The position numbers and the translations under genes were made by a program. Shown here in pieces: positions 28,829 to 39,304 of a stretch of 64,000 nucleotides of DNA. The stretch's first letter is position 1; the number at the start of each line of letters is the position of its first letter. Location: positions 1,696,001 through 1,760,000 of the forward strand of contig CAVYSW010000003.1 in assembly GCA_963771275.1 (NCBI GenBank), in the 5' to 3' direction. Origin of the DNA: an uncultured Gemmatimonadales bacterium (GTDB taxonomy: Bacteria > Gemmatimonadota > Gemmatimonadetes > Gemmatimonadales > GWC2-71-9). Under the pieces are notes generated by a model. It was not told the DNA's origin. It saw only the letters and a list, made by a program, of their open reading frames with translations, and did not search any database.

Positions 28829-29370
28829 GTGAGAATCCGCGTGCGCGCCACGACGATCCTCTGCGTCCGGAAGGACGCCCAAGTGGTGATGGGGGGCGAC
28901 GGGCAGGTCACCGTGGGCGACACGGTGATGAAGTCACATGCCACCAAGGTCCGCCTGCTCGCGGGCGGCAAGGTGCTCGCCGGGTTCGCCGGCGCCGCCG
29001 CCGACGCGTTCACGCTGTTCGAGAAGTTCGAGGAGAAGCTCGAGCGGTTCCCCGCGAACCTGCCGCGCGCCGCTGTGGAGCTGGCCAAGGACTGGCGCAG
29101 TGACCGGATCCTCCGGCGGCTCGAGGCGCTGCTCGCGGTCGCCGACGTGAAGCATGGGTTCGTGCTGAGTGGCAGCGGGGAGCTGATCGAGCCCGACGAC
29201 GGCGTACTGGCGATCGGGAGCGGGGGCAACTACGCGCTGGCGGCGGCGCGGGCGCTGTTGCCCACGCCGGCCGGCGCGCGGGAGATCGTGCAGCAGAGCC
29301 TCGAGATCGCGGCCGATATCTGCGTCTTCACGAACCGTAACATCACGCTCGTCGAGCTGGGGACCGGGAA

Positions 29371-29374
<4 letters not shown>
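28829..29374 (+). CDS. hslV: ATP-dependent protease subunit HslV
   Basis: ATTILCVR N-terminal Thr, GDGQVT, GFAG, AIGSGG, ICVFTN; GTG start after GAGGAGGGG. Confidence 0.95.
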
Positions 29375-30918
<1,544 letters not shown>

Positions 30919-30929
30919 GGGGACGGGCG

Positions 30930-31340
30930 CTAGGTGGCTTCGGGGCTGGAATCCGCCTCCTCGCCCTCGGACTGGCCGCCGTAGGATCTCCGGTCGCCGC
31001 TCAGGCCCAGGAACAAGGTGAGCCCTTCATCGATCGCCCGCATTTCTTCCGATCGGATCTGACCATAGCTCCGGCGGATTCGGCGCTTGTCAACCGACCG
31101 AACCTGATCAATCAGAGCATACGAGCGGCTGGTCAAGCCACTGGAACCGGCGTCCAACGCCGGATACAGGGCGCCGGCGGCCGCCGTCCGCGTAACCGGA
31201 ACGACTGCGATCAGCGGGAAGCGCTGATCCGCCGTGACGTCCGGATCACTTACCGCGATACAGGGCCGGAGACCGCGTTGTTCGTGTCCTCTCGTGGGAT
31301 TGAGGTCCAGCAGGAGCACGGTTCCACGAGTTGGCTTCAC
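30930..31340 (-). CDS. PemK/MazF-family endoribonuclease toxin
   Basis: RGTVLLLDLNPTRGHEQRGLRPC, VVPVT, ALIDQVRSVDKRRI. Confidence 0.9.
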   Translation of the reverse strand: MKPTRGTVLLLDLNPTRGHEQRGLRPCIAVSDPDVTADQRFPLIAVVPVTRTAAAGALYPALDAGSSGLTSRSYALIDQVRSVDKRRIRRSYGQIRSEEMRAIDEGLTLFLGLSGDRRSYGGQSEGEEADSSPEAT

Positions 31341-31645
31341 TGGTCGCCCTCGATCCAGCCATTGCCGGGCACCCAGCGAACCGGCGAGCCGGCACCGAGG
31401 TCAACCAGATCCGATGCTGGCTCTTCCGGCAGCCGCCCTGCCCAGTCATCGAAGCCTGCTTCCGCCAACGCTTCAGCCTCTGCGTGCGGGGTCGCGAGCG
31501 ACTTCCGCAGCTCCTCGCGTCGGCGACGCCCAAGCTCGCGTTGCACCGCCTCCAAAACGAAGCCGCTCCGGTTCTTCTCCCGGCGATCAATCTCCTGAAC
31601 CACGTCGCCGGGCAATGTCACGGTGATACGGGCTGTCGTGGACAT
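31337..31645 (-). CDS. Ribbon-helix-helix antitoxin
   Basis: [16 protein letters not shown]...[10 protein letters not shown]; stop overlaps the toxin start. Confidence 0.8.
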   Translation of the reverse strand: MSTTARITVTLPGDVVQEIDRREKNRSGFVLEAVQRELGRRRREELRKSLATPHAEAEALAEAGFDDWAGRLPEEPASDLVDLGAGSPVRWVPGNGWIEGDQ

Positions 31646-31731
31646 GGCACGCCTCCAGAGCCACACTCATACTTAAAGTAGGATCATACCGGGCGTGGTG
31701 CAAGAGGACGGAGCTAACGGAGCGCTACCGA

Positions 31732-31937
31732 CGCTTCCCCATTCGGGTCGAGCTCAAGCCGCTCACCGAGGACGACTTCGTGCGGATCATGACGGAGCCG
31801 GAGAACGCGCTCGCCAAGCAGTGCCAGGCGCCGTGCGCCGCCGGGGGGATCACCCTCGAGTTCGGCGCGGGCCCGCGGTCCGGGAGCGCCCGACGCGCAT
31901 CGTGGAGAACGAGGACCTGCGGAAGTACATCCTGTAG
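31732..31937 (+). pseudogene. Displaced, internally deleted duplicate of the hslU 3' end (copy 1)
   Basis: Matches 30559-30691 then about 30850-30918; ends [12 protein letters not shown]. Confidence 0.9.
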
Positions 31938-32212
31938 GGAACCAGTCCACCGGCCCGGCTATGCACCGCCTATGTTGCTTTCCTGGTCCCCGCTCAGCGT
32001 CGTGTCCTGGTTCGACAACACACCAACCGAAACCGAATCGAAAAGCACGAACTCCGACAGAATGTCTGGCCTCGTGCTCTGCTCCAATCATCTGAGATTC
32101 CGACCGTGCTGTAATGGTTACCCGCGGCTGCTGCCTGACGCCGAACGGCTGCCTTCGCCTGACGAGCGTCCTGCACCCCTGCTGGGCCCGGCCCGGGAGC
32201 CGTGCGGTTTGT

Positions 32213-32626
32213 TCATTCCACAGGCAGCAGCTCGACCCCCAGCTTCCGGAGACTCTGGTCGAAGGAGTGCACGCCTCTCAGTTGGCGGCTCGAGCAGAGC
32301 GCGGTGAGATACGCATCGACCAGATCCACCGGACGCTCCGCCAGGGTGTCGAGACAGGTCCGCAAGACGGGCTTTTCCGGGACGCGGAGCCCCCGGAACG
32401 CCAGAAGGTCCCGCAGCTTGGCGGCGGCCTCCGCGCTCGGGACCTCGTAGTAGCTGGTCAGCACGAAGTAGGACTGGAACAGCACCAGCGGTGTGAGGAG
32501 GGCCGTGCGCTCGCCGCGCTCGAGCTTCTCGAAGAAGGCGAAAACGCCCCGAAACGGCTTGGTGATGGTCGCGGGATCCTCGACGAGGTAGCGGATGATG
32601 ACGTTGGTATCAACCGGATCAGCCAC
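32213..32626 (-). CDS. PIN-domain (VapC-family) toxin
   Basis: GTG start, [20 protein letters not shown] acidic motifs. Confidence 0.85.
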   Translation of the reverse strand: MADPVDTNVIIRYLVEDPATITKPFRGVFAFFEKLERGERTALLTPLVLFQSYFVLTSYYEVPSAEAAAKLRDLLAFRGLRVPEKPVLRTCLDTLAERPVDLVDAYLTALCSSRQLRGVHSFDQSLRKLGVELLPVE

Positions 32627-32873
32627 GCGGCACCAGCCCCCGGCGCAGCGCCTCCGCGATCCGCCGGTCCGAGGGGAAGCGCTTGCCGCGCGCGTACTGC
32701 TTGAGGGAGCCCGCCAGCGATCGCGCCCTGGTCTCGCTGGGGCGGCGGAGTTGGATCTTGCCCTCCTGCGGCAGGACCTCCACCTCCAACACGTCACCCA
32801 CATCGATCCCCAGTTGCTCGCGGACCTGTGCCGGGATGACGACCTGCCCCTTGTTGTGGACTTTCATCAGCAT
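32619..32873 (-). CDS. AbrB/MazE/SpoVT-family antitoxin
   Basis: KVHNKGQVVIPAQVREQLGIDVGD; overlaps the PIN gene start. Confidence 0.88.
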   Translation of the reverse strand: MLMKVHNKGQVVIPAQVREQLGIDVGDVLEVEVLPQEGKIQLRRPSETRARSLAGSLKQYARGKRFPSDRRIAEALRRGLVPRG

Positions 32874-32923
32874 GTGACACCCTCGGGTTATACTAGCCAG
32901 TATAACCTACCCACCGGTCCAGG

Positions 32924-33136
32924 TCAAACCTCTCGGCCACCCACCGGTTGGCGCCCGTTGACGAGGATTGCGACGGCGGAGACGTAGATGTGGGTGTCGA
33001 AGACTGCCCTCACCGGCGGAGATAGCGCGCGAGGTCCCGCCGCGCTCAGCGTCTTCCCCTCCGCGCGCGCGAGCTCCTCCGCCTCCCGCGTCAACTCACG
33101 GGGCAGCGACATCGTCTTCTTGACGGCGGTCGCCAT
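32924..33136 (-). pseudogene. Collapsed TA remnant (RHH antitoxin N-terminus joined to a PIN toxin N-terminus)
   Basis: MATAVKKTMSLPRELTREAEELARAEGKTLS followed by VRAVFDTHIYVSA, then loss of similarity. Confidence 0.65.
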
Positions 33137-33215
33137 CCTTCCCCCTCGTAGACCGTGTCTGGCCCGGTATGAACTATTACTCCCCAGACATGGCTGGATG
33201 ATCAGGGCCACACGG

Positions 33216-33282
33216 CCCCGCGGTGCGGGAGCGCCTGATGCGCATCGTGGAGAACGAGGACCTGCGGAAGTACATCCTGTAG
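33216..33282 (+). pseudogene. Displaced duplicate of the hslU 3' end (copy 2)
   Basis: cgcggtgcgggagcgcctgatgcgcatcgtggagaacgaggacctgcggaagtacatcctgtag matches about 30855-30918. Confidence 0.9.
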
Positions 33283-33295
33283 GACGCTGACTTGG

Positions 33296-34988
33296 CTAGT
33301 TGGAATCCTCAGGTGCGCGATCCCACCCGCCTCCCAGCCTGATGGTCACGGTGGTCGGTTCGCTGAGCATGACGGGCGCCCCGATCTCGGAACCGGCACG
33401 CAGTACTCTGAAGGTCGCGCGGGCAGCGGCGATTTCCAGTGTGAGTGTATCGGGGAGGATCCCCGCAAGGGAGAATCGGAGACCCCCGCGGCCTCGGCAG
33501 GCGGAGCTCGAGCCGCCGGAAGCCCTCAGCGTGGCGGCTAGTGGGGCTGAGTCCCCGGGTGCCAGCAAGCGGACTGTCAGTTCCGCCGCACCAGTAACTG
33601 AGGAGTCCATGGCGAGCTCGACCGTTTCGCGAGCCGAGCGGGACGCCAATGCAGTGCACGCGATAGCGAAGCGGATGGGGCCAGCGAGCGCCGCGGGGGG
33701 GCGTGCCCCAGCGGTGGCAAGACTGTCTCGCGGCTGCGATCCGACAGCGCGACTCGAGTGCCGCGCCGGTACTGCTGGGGCTAGCTCGAGGCGCTCCGGC
33801 GCCACGCGCGGGGCGCCTTGACCGGTGAGGTCATAGATGTCGAGCCATAATTCGCCGTACGGACCGGTCACCCAGGCCACCACCCATCGATCGGACGCCG
33901 CGGCCGGAGCACGATTGATCAGAACTCGACGAGCAATTGCTGACTGACGATCCACCAGGTCGAACCTCAGCATACCCGGCTCTCGGCGTAGACCGACCCA
34001 TATGCTACCACCCCCGGACAGCAGTTGCCGCACCACGGCGTACCGCAAGGGTCCGACATCGCGCGATGTGATAGCGTGGCCGCCGACCGAGTTCCCTCGT
34101 AAGGCCCGCGCAAGCTCCGCCTCCGGCACCAACTCGTCTGAGGTCTCCGGTTTGCGAAACCAGGTTCCCAGAGTGCCGCCGGGCCGCACCGTGTCCACCT
34201 GGAGACGGCTTCCTCTCGCGAAATAGACCAGCCCGCCAGCATCGACGGTCCAGCGCACCTGCCCCTGATCGCGAACGTAGTCGGATGATGTGCTGAAATC
34301 TCCCACTCCTGCCACCGGGGAGCCTGATCTTCACAGGACCCTCGGTCGCGAGGCGCGGAGTCACCGCCGAATCCCCGTGATCCGGGCCCATGCGCATGAC
34401 CATGACGCTGAGGGAATCGCCTTCCCACACTGCCACGGGGACGTACACGCGGCCCACCGAGTCAATGCCCACGCCATCCGACCACACACGGGAACCGCGT
34501 TCCAGCGCGTCGACTGCCAGTCCCCAGCTCGCATCGCCGATGCGCTTCACCCAGCGCACGGCACCTGCCGTGTCCCACACGCGCACAGTACCGGAAAGCA
34601 CGTCAAGGATCGCCAAGAACCCATTGCCTGACAGGGCGATGTGGTCGCCCCACGCGCTGCCCGGCGGGACATCGCTTGGACCCGAGCCGCGCCGGCCCAG
34701 GATGCGGTAGGTTCTCGTCTCGAGATTGATCACGACGACCCGCCCGGCGCCGGTCTGGAGGATTGCCAGCCAATCGCCGCTGAGCGCGGCGGACGTCGCG
34801 CCGTCCAGGGGGAGGCTGTCGCCTCCCCCCAGCGCGATTCCCTGAATGCGGTACTCTGGAGCTGGATAGACCCTTGATGGTGGTGCGTCCGCGGCTGGGG
34901 GGGTATCCGCGAACCCACACCCCCCAGCCAGGCCACACACTAGGCCAGCGGCGTACAGCATGCGTGGCCGCGTGCGACGATGGGTCAC
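33296..34988 (-). pseudogene. Beta-propeller (NHL/6-bladed-like) exported protein split by a frameshift near 34320
   Basis: Signal-like N-terminus (THRRTRPRMLYAAGLVCGLAGGC), ILGRRGSGPSD, IGIDSVGRVYV-like blades; continues in the 33296..34315 frame (WTVDAGGLVYFARG). Confidence 0.55.
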
Positions 34989-35271
34989 CCCCACGGTCAC
35001 GGGCAAGCCTGATAGGGTCCGGGTCCGCTGCAACTGGCAGATGCACATCCAGGGCCACGCTATGCAGTTGTACGGCGGATTGATGTCAGGCATACAGTAC
35101 TGAAAGCACGAACGGAAGTGCGCCGATCGCCAGCAGCTCCTCACGCCCACCGAGGCCCCCAGCCATCGCGCCTCTCCAGCAGGACCTCGGCAAGACGTTG
35201 AGAGGCGGCGAACAAGACGACATCGGCCGCCCCTCAAGTGCAGACCAAAGTCGAGGCTAGTACTCCGTTCC

Positions 35272-35508
35272 CTACAGCGAATCCCCGGGCAGGATAATAC
35301 AGCCTTCGTCTTCACATCCGCCCGCTGTCTCCCTGCATCTGGTGTCCCAGTGGCTCTGGAAGCAATTGCCTGAATCCAGGCTGCACATGTCCGAATCGCA
35401 CCAGTCAGCGACAGCTGATGCTGGCACGATCATTGACCCCAACGAAATACCGGCCGCCACAATCGTACCGAGCAACAGAGAGTGGTGTTCGCGGCTGTGC
35501 ATTCGCAT
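35272..35508 (-). CDS. Secreted six-cysteine peptide P1 (78 aa precursor)
   Basis: RBS AGGAGG; Sec-type signal ending ASAVA; core C-x4-C-x6-C-x8-C-x6-C-x4-C-IILP; paralog of P2 and P3. Confidence 0.85.
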   Translation of the reverse strand: MRMHSREHHSLLLGTIVAAGISLGSMIVPASAVADWCDSDMCSLDSGNCFQSHWDTRCRETAGGCEDEGCIILPGDSL

Positions 35509-35592
35509 ACCATGCCTCCTCTCTTTGGCAGACTAGTTGAGGCGCTCCAACCAACATGCTGACATGGATGGAGTATCGTCCTGCCTGACCAA

Positions 35593-35835
35593 CTATGGCG
35601 TGGAATCCGACGGCAGGATCACACATCCTTCGTCCCTGCACCCGTCAGCAGTCTCATCACAGTTGATGCTGTGCGAAACCAGCTGGCAGTTGCCACCAGT
35701 TGCGTCGCACGCATTCATGTCGCAATCCCACGCATAGCTACTGGACGGGACCATTGTGGCCCCTATCGCCGCCCCAAGAACAACCGCCATCGACAGAACC
35801 CACGGTCGAGCGCCAAGTTTGTTGTTCCATGACAT
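35593..35835 (-). CDS. Secreted six-cysteine peptide P2 (80 aa precursor)
   Basis: RBS GGAGG; signal ending SSYA; core C-x4-C-x6-C-x8-C-x6-C-x4-C-VILP. Confidence 0.85.
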   Translation of the reverse strand: MSWNNKLGARPWVLSMAVVLGAAIGATMVPSSSYAWDCDMNACDATGGNCQLVSHSINCDETADGCRDEGCVILPSDSTP

Positions 35836-35887
35836 CGGAAGCCTCCGTTATCTGGCTGTTGGACAATGGAATGGTCGGAGCTACTGG

Positions 35888-36535
35888 CTACCATGAGCCA
35901 TCGTGCCGTCCGACACGACTCGAGGACTGACTACGCGGAGTTGGCGGTGGGGTTGGCAGGGGTACACCTGCCTTGATCCAGGCTTGGATTTCAAAGAGGC
36001 CCACCTTCCGGACTAGTAGCTCTCCGCGGTTTGCTGAGTACAGGGGATCGTTGGACGTACTGTCTGGAACCTGAACGGCACGATGAATCACCAGAAGCGT
36101 CGGTGTCGCTGGGGGCCCAGGGATCTCGTTCCAGAAGTACTTGAATGCAAACTCGTTAGCCCATCCACCGCCGACTGAAATCTGGTCAAACGCGCCGAAC
36201 TTGCTGAGGTGCCTGAGCCCGCTGGTGATGGTGGGATCCAACGCGACGCCCTCGGTCACAAATCGGAATCCAGTCGCAGCTGCCCGATGGCCAAGAGCCT
36301 CTTTCACTTCTCTCACTTCTTCGGCGAAACCAGCGCGATTGCACCACGAGCATGATGCCTGGCCGATATAGATCATCACCAGCTCATCGCCCGTGCGCAG
36401 CGAACGTCGGGGTGGGTCTGCGAGCCTTACGTAGTGAAAGCCGCCCACCACACGTTTGGCAGCCGCTCCCGCAGCTATCGATCCCACGAAGACAGCCACA
36501 GAAACCACCACGAGGCTCCTGTTCCAGACTCTCAT
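35888..36535 (-). CDS. Membrane-anchored thioredoxin-fold CxxC protein
   Basis: N-terminal TM/signal, LVMIYIGQASCSWC, VTEGVALD strand, ATPTLLV putative cis-Pro; ATG 36535 overlaps the upstream stop. Confidence 0.7.
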   Translation of the reverse strand: MRVWNRSLVVVSVAVFVGSIAAGAAAKRVVGGFHYVRLADPPRRSLRTGDELVMIYIGQASCSWCNRAGFAEEVREVKEALGHRAAATGFRFVTEGVALDPTITSGLRHLSKFGAFDQISVGGGWANEFAFKYFWNEIPGPPATPTLLVIHRAVQVPDSTSNDPLYSANRGELLVRKVGLFEIQAWIKAGVPLPTPPPTPRSQSSSRVGRHDGSW

Positions 36536-37713
36536 GAGGATCGCGTCCCCCATTCGTAGATCTCGATGCGTGGGAAAGGATCCTCCCGCAGCGACACAAA
36601 GAAGCCATCGCCGAACGCCACTATCCGTGGGAACCCCCGGCCAAGTGCGACTATCCGTCCATCCTGTGCGCCGATCGCGAATGTGCGCAACTCTGTCAGC
36701 TCATTCCGAGCATCCGCGTCTTCGCGACTGACGTAGGCAATCTGCGCAAGAAAGAACGGCCTCGTCACGCCAGGTGGCCAAGGTCTCACAGGCACGAGAG
36801 AGTATGTATGGTCGTATCCGTCCTCCGGAATCCGTGTACGTGTACCTCGAGCGGTCCTCGCGAAGTAAATCGGGCGGAAGCCATCAACAACCGTAATCCA
36901 CTCAGGAGTTCCGTCTGTTCCATAGGCGTGGAACTCTCCCAACAAGGCCATTGGCGCCAACACCAGTCGATCCGGGTCCCGGTCACACGCGAGCAGACTA
37001 CGGTTCACGTGGACCGCTACCATCGCGTCAGGGGCGTTGTATACCTGTCCGAATGATGCTTCCACGCGCTCACCGGAGACTCGGTGAATCAACGGAGGCG
37101 CTTTGAAGGCAGCTCCTCCGGGCGCGAATGTCGTTCCGTGAATGAAGAGCCCTGACGGCAGCACACACACGTCGATGGGCTCAAAATCGTATGAGAAACT
37201 CCGCTCGAATCTGAAGCCCGCTCCATCATGGATGAACTTGTGAACGTGGTAGACATCCAGCACATACAAGGCGCCGTCTTGTCCCATCGCCAGCCGGCGA
37301 GGTTCGACGAACTCGCCGGGGCCCCTTCCGGCCGCACCGACACTCGCTATGTACTGGCCATCCCGTCCGAAGACTCGAACCGCATGGCTGTAGGAGTCCA
37401 GCACGTAGATGCTGTTAGATGAGTCGACGACAACGTCCGACACCTTGCCAAACATCTGCTCACGCGGTCCCTCCAGTACGCCCACGACCGCTGACCGGCG
37501 TGCTGCCGACAGCACCCGGAATAGAGGGTGGTCCTCGGCGGCAGCAGCTCCCAGATCAACGCGCGAATGGACCGGGATTGGACGGTGGAAGAATTCCTTC
37601 CGGGGATGCACAACATCCCCGCCCGCGGTTCCTGCCGCAGCGCTCCCTCCAGTTCCCCTGCATGAGCACAATGTAACGGCGATTAGAGTCAGTACCTGAA
37701 GCTCGTTGAGCAT
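36532..37713 (-). CDS. 6-bladed beta-propeller (NHL-like) lipoprotein
   Basis: Lipobox-like TLCSC; FGKVSDVVVDSSNSIYVLD, VGAAGRGPGEFVEP, DGALYVLD; C-terminal PFPRIEIYE. Confidence 0.8.
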   Translation of the reverse strand: MLNELQVLTLIAVTLCSCRGTGGSAAAGTAGGDVVHPRKEFFHRPIPVHSRVDLGAAAAEDHPLFRVLSAARRSAVVGVLEGPREQMFGKVSDVVVDSSNSIYVLDSYSHAVRVFGRDGQYIASVGAAGRGPGEFVEPRRLAMGQDGALYVLDVYHVHKFIHDGAGFRFERSFSYDFEPIDVCVLPSGLFIHGTTFAPGGAAFKAPPLIHRVSGERVEASFGQVYNAPDAMVAVHVNRSLLACDRDPDRLVLAPMALLGEFHAYGTDGTPEWITVVDGFRPIYFARTARGTRTRIPEDGYDHTYSLVPVRPWPPGVTRPFFLAQIAYVSREDADARNELTELRTFAIGAQDGRIVALGRGFPRIVAFGDGFFVSLREDPFPRIEIYEWGTRSS

Positions 37714-37826
37714 GTTTCACACTCTTCGGCCAGGACAGCAGCAGGACGGACCTCTCATCTCCACACGCGCATCGTCGCCCAAGGGCCTATGCGCATCCTT
37801 CGGCTTGGGATCTCCACAGACCGCTC

Positions 37827-38042
37827 TCATTCCCCTGGGAGCACAACACACTCACTATCGTCGCACGGGTCGCCAGAGCAGTTGATCTCCCATCTCACCG
37901 CCTCGCACTTGTGACTATCCAGATTGCATGCCTGATGATTGCAGCTATCTGCGCTACTGGCAGCAGGAGTCAGCAGGAAGCCCACGAAGAGGCCGCCCAC
38001 GATCATGCCTCCTTGGACCAGGTTCGCAATCGCTTTGCGCAT
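37827..38042 (-). CDS. Secreted six-cysteine peptide P3 (71 aa precursor)
   Basis: Signal MRKAIANL...TPAASSA; core C-x4-C-x6-C-x8-C-x4-C-x4-C-VVLP. Confidence 0.85.
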   Translation of the reverse strand: MRKAIANLVQGGMIVGGLFVGFLLTPAASSADSCNHQACNLDSHKCEAVRWEINCSGDPCDDSECVVLPGE

Positions 38043-38194
38043 GGCTCAACCCACTCATCGTGAGGGTCAAGTACCCTTGGCTACGGTACGCCGTACTTTA
38101 TGGCACCGGCATTGTCGACTTAATGCTATGAAAAACCAGAGGCTGCTGCTAGGTCACATTCCCGGTAGACGCGGCACATGCCTCGCGAACCCCG

Positions 38195-38590
38195 TCACCA
38201 GTCTCTGGCCTTCTCGAGCGTCGATACAACCCCTGCCCTGAAGGTGCTTGGTGCGCAGCCAACCACCCGTTGGAACCACCGCTCGAATCCACGAAGATCA
38301 TTGAACCCCACCGCGAATGCGACCTGAGTAATCGGTATATGACGGCTACGCATGAGCTCCATAGCCTTTTCAGTACGTATGCGCGCAAGCCATTCGGTGA
38401 AAGTCATGCCGGTTTTCGAGCGGAAGTACGTTGAGAAGTACTTCGGCTTAAAGCCACTCGCGGCAGCTGCAGCCGTCAGCGAAATCGGTCGCGCTGGATT
38501 GCGCAGAACACACTCCGCGACACGCGTGAGCGGCCGGTAGTAGCGCAGTATTGCCCGGTCCACGCCGCCGATCCGCGTGTTCGCATCCAT
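38195..38590 (-). CDS. Stand-alone AraC-family HTH regulator
   Basis: ISLTAAA...YFSTYFRSKTGMTF...ITQVAFAVGFNDLRGFERWFQRVVGCAPSTFR; start uncertain. Confidence 0.8.
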   Translation of the reverse strand: MDANTRIGGVDRAILRYYRPLTRVAECVLRNPARPISLTAAAAASGFKPKYFSTYFRSKTGMTFTEWLARIRTEKAMELMRSRHIPITQVAFAVGFNDLRGFERWFQRVVGCAPSTFRAGVVSTLEKARDW

Positions 38591-38819
38591 AGTCGGAAGC
38601 GTTGCCTCATCGGCATCGGCTGGCTCAGTGACCGAGGGGCGCCCCTTCAGAACATGCATCGCCGCACAGGAGACGGTACCGCCGCGCTCGTCAGCCAACA
38701 CCTCTACCCCCATCAAGGCATCGGCTTCACCTCGGAAGCCTCTGCGTTCAGTACTCAAGGGCCGGCCGCCACACCGCAGCGTCGCTTCTAGTCCGAAGAT
38801 GCACCTAGGCGTGCTCCCG

Positions 38820-39026
38820 TTACATCCCGACCTGCCATGTAGCGCGTGTGCCACCTCCTTGGTAGATCCGCCACACATAGCTATGAACCGTGTGCGCAGA
38901 GAGGCCCAAGTGGCTCGCTATGGTAGCCTCCACGTCGCCATCCAGAAGGCATTGCGCGACCTCGGACTCCCTCGGCGACAGCCCAAGGCGATCCGTCACC
39001 ACGTTCCACTCTCCGGCCTGGAACAA
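38820..39026 (-). CDS. Stand-alone LuxR-type HTH protein (possibly degenerate)
   Basis: LGLSPRESEVAQCLLDG...IASHLGLSAHTVHSYVWRIY; start and C-terminus uncertain. Confidence 0.65.
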   Translation of the reverse strand: MFQAGEWNVVTDRLGLSPRESEVAQCLLDGDVEATIASHLGLSAHTVHSYVWRIYQGGGTRATWQVGM

Positions 39027-39304
39027 CTCGTTGCTGACTTGATGCCGAGGGCCTGCCGATGCTGAAGGAGGATCGGAGGGGGTCCACGCATGTTCATCCT
39101 CACTGCTCTGCGAACCCGTGAAACCGGTGAGCGAGTGGGCGTCAGGTGCCGCGATCCGCGAGCGTGCTCACCGCGAAGGTACGGGAGGCGTCCTGCTCGT
39201 CAACTGCTACCTGTAGTAGGTTGGGCACAATCCTGGGTCCCACGCCGCTCTGAACCTCCGGGTCTGCAATGTCTTACGCCGCCGGCCATCTGCCGGAAGT
39301 CATG

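Noticed and set aside
35272..38042. Six-Cys peptides as ranthipeptide/SCIFF, lanthipeptide or bufferin precursors
   Set aside because: No radical SAM, lanthionine synthetase or MNIO gene nearby; leaders are hydrophobic Sec-type rather than double-glycine.
38101..38115. sigma54-like TGGCAC-CGGCA-TTGT
   Set aside because: Imperfect -12, and it points away from the peptide genes with no + strand gene downstream.
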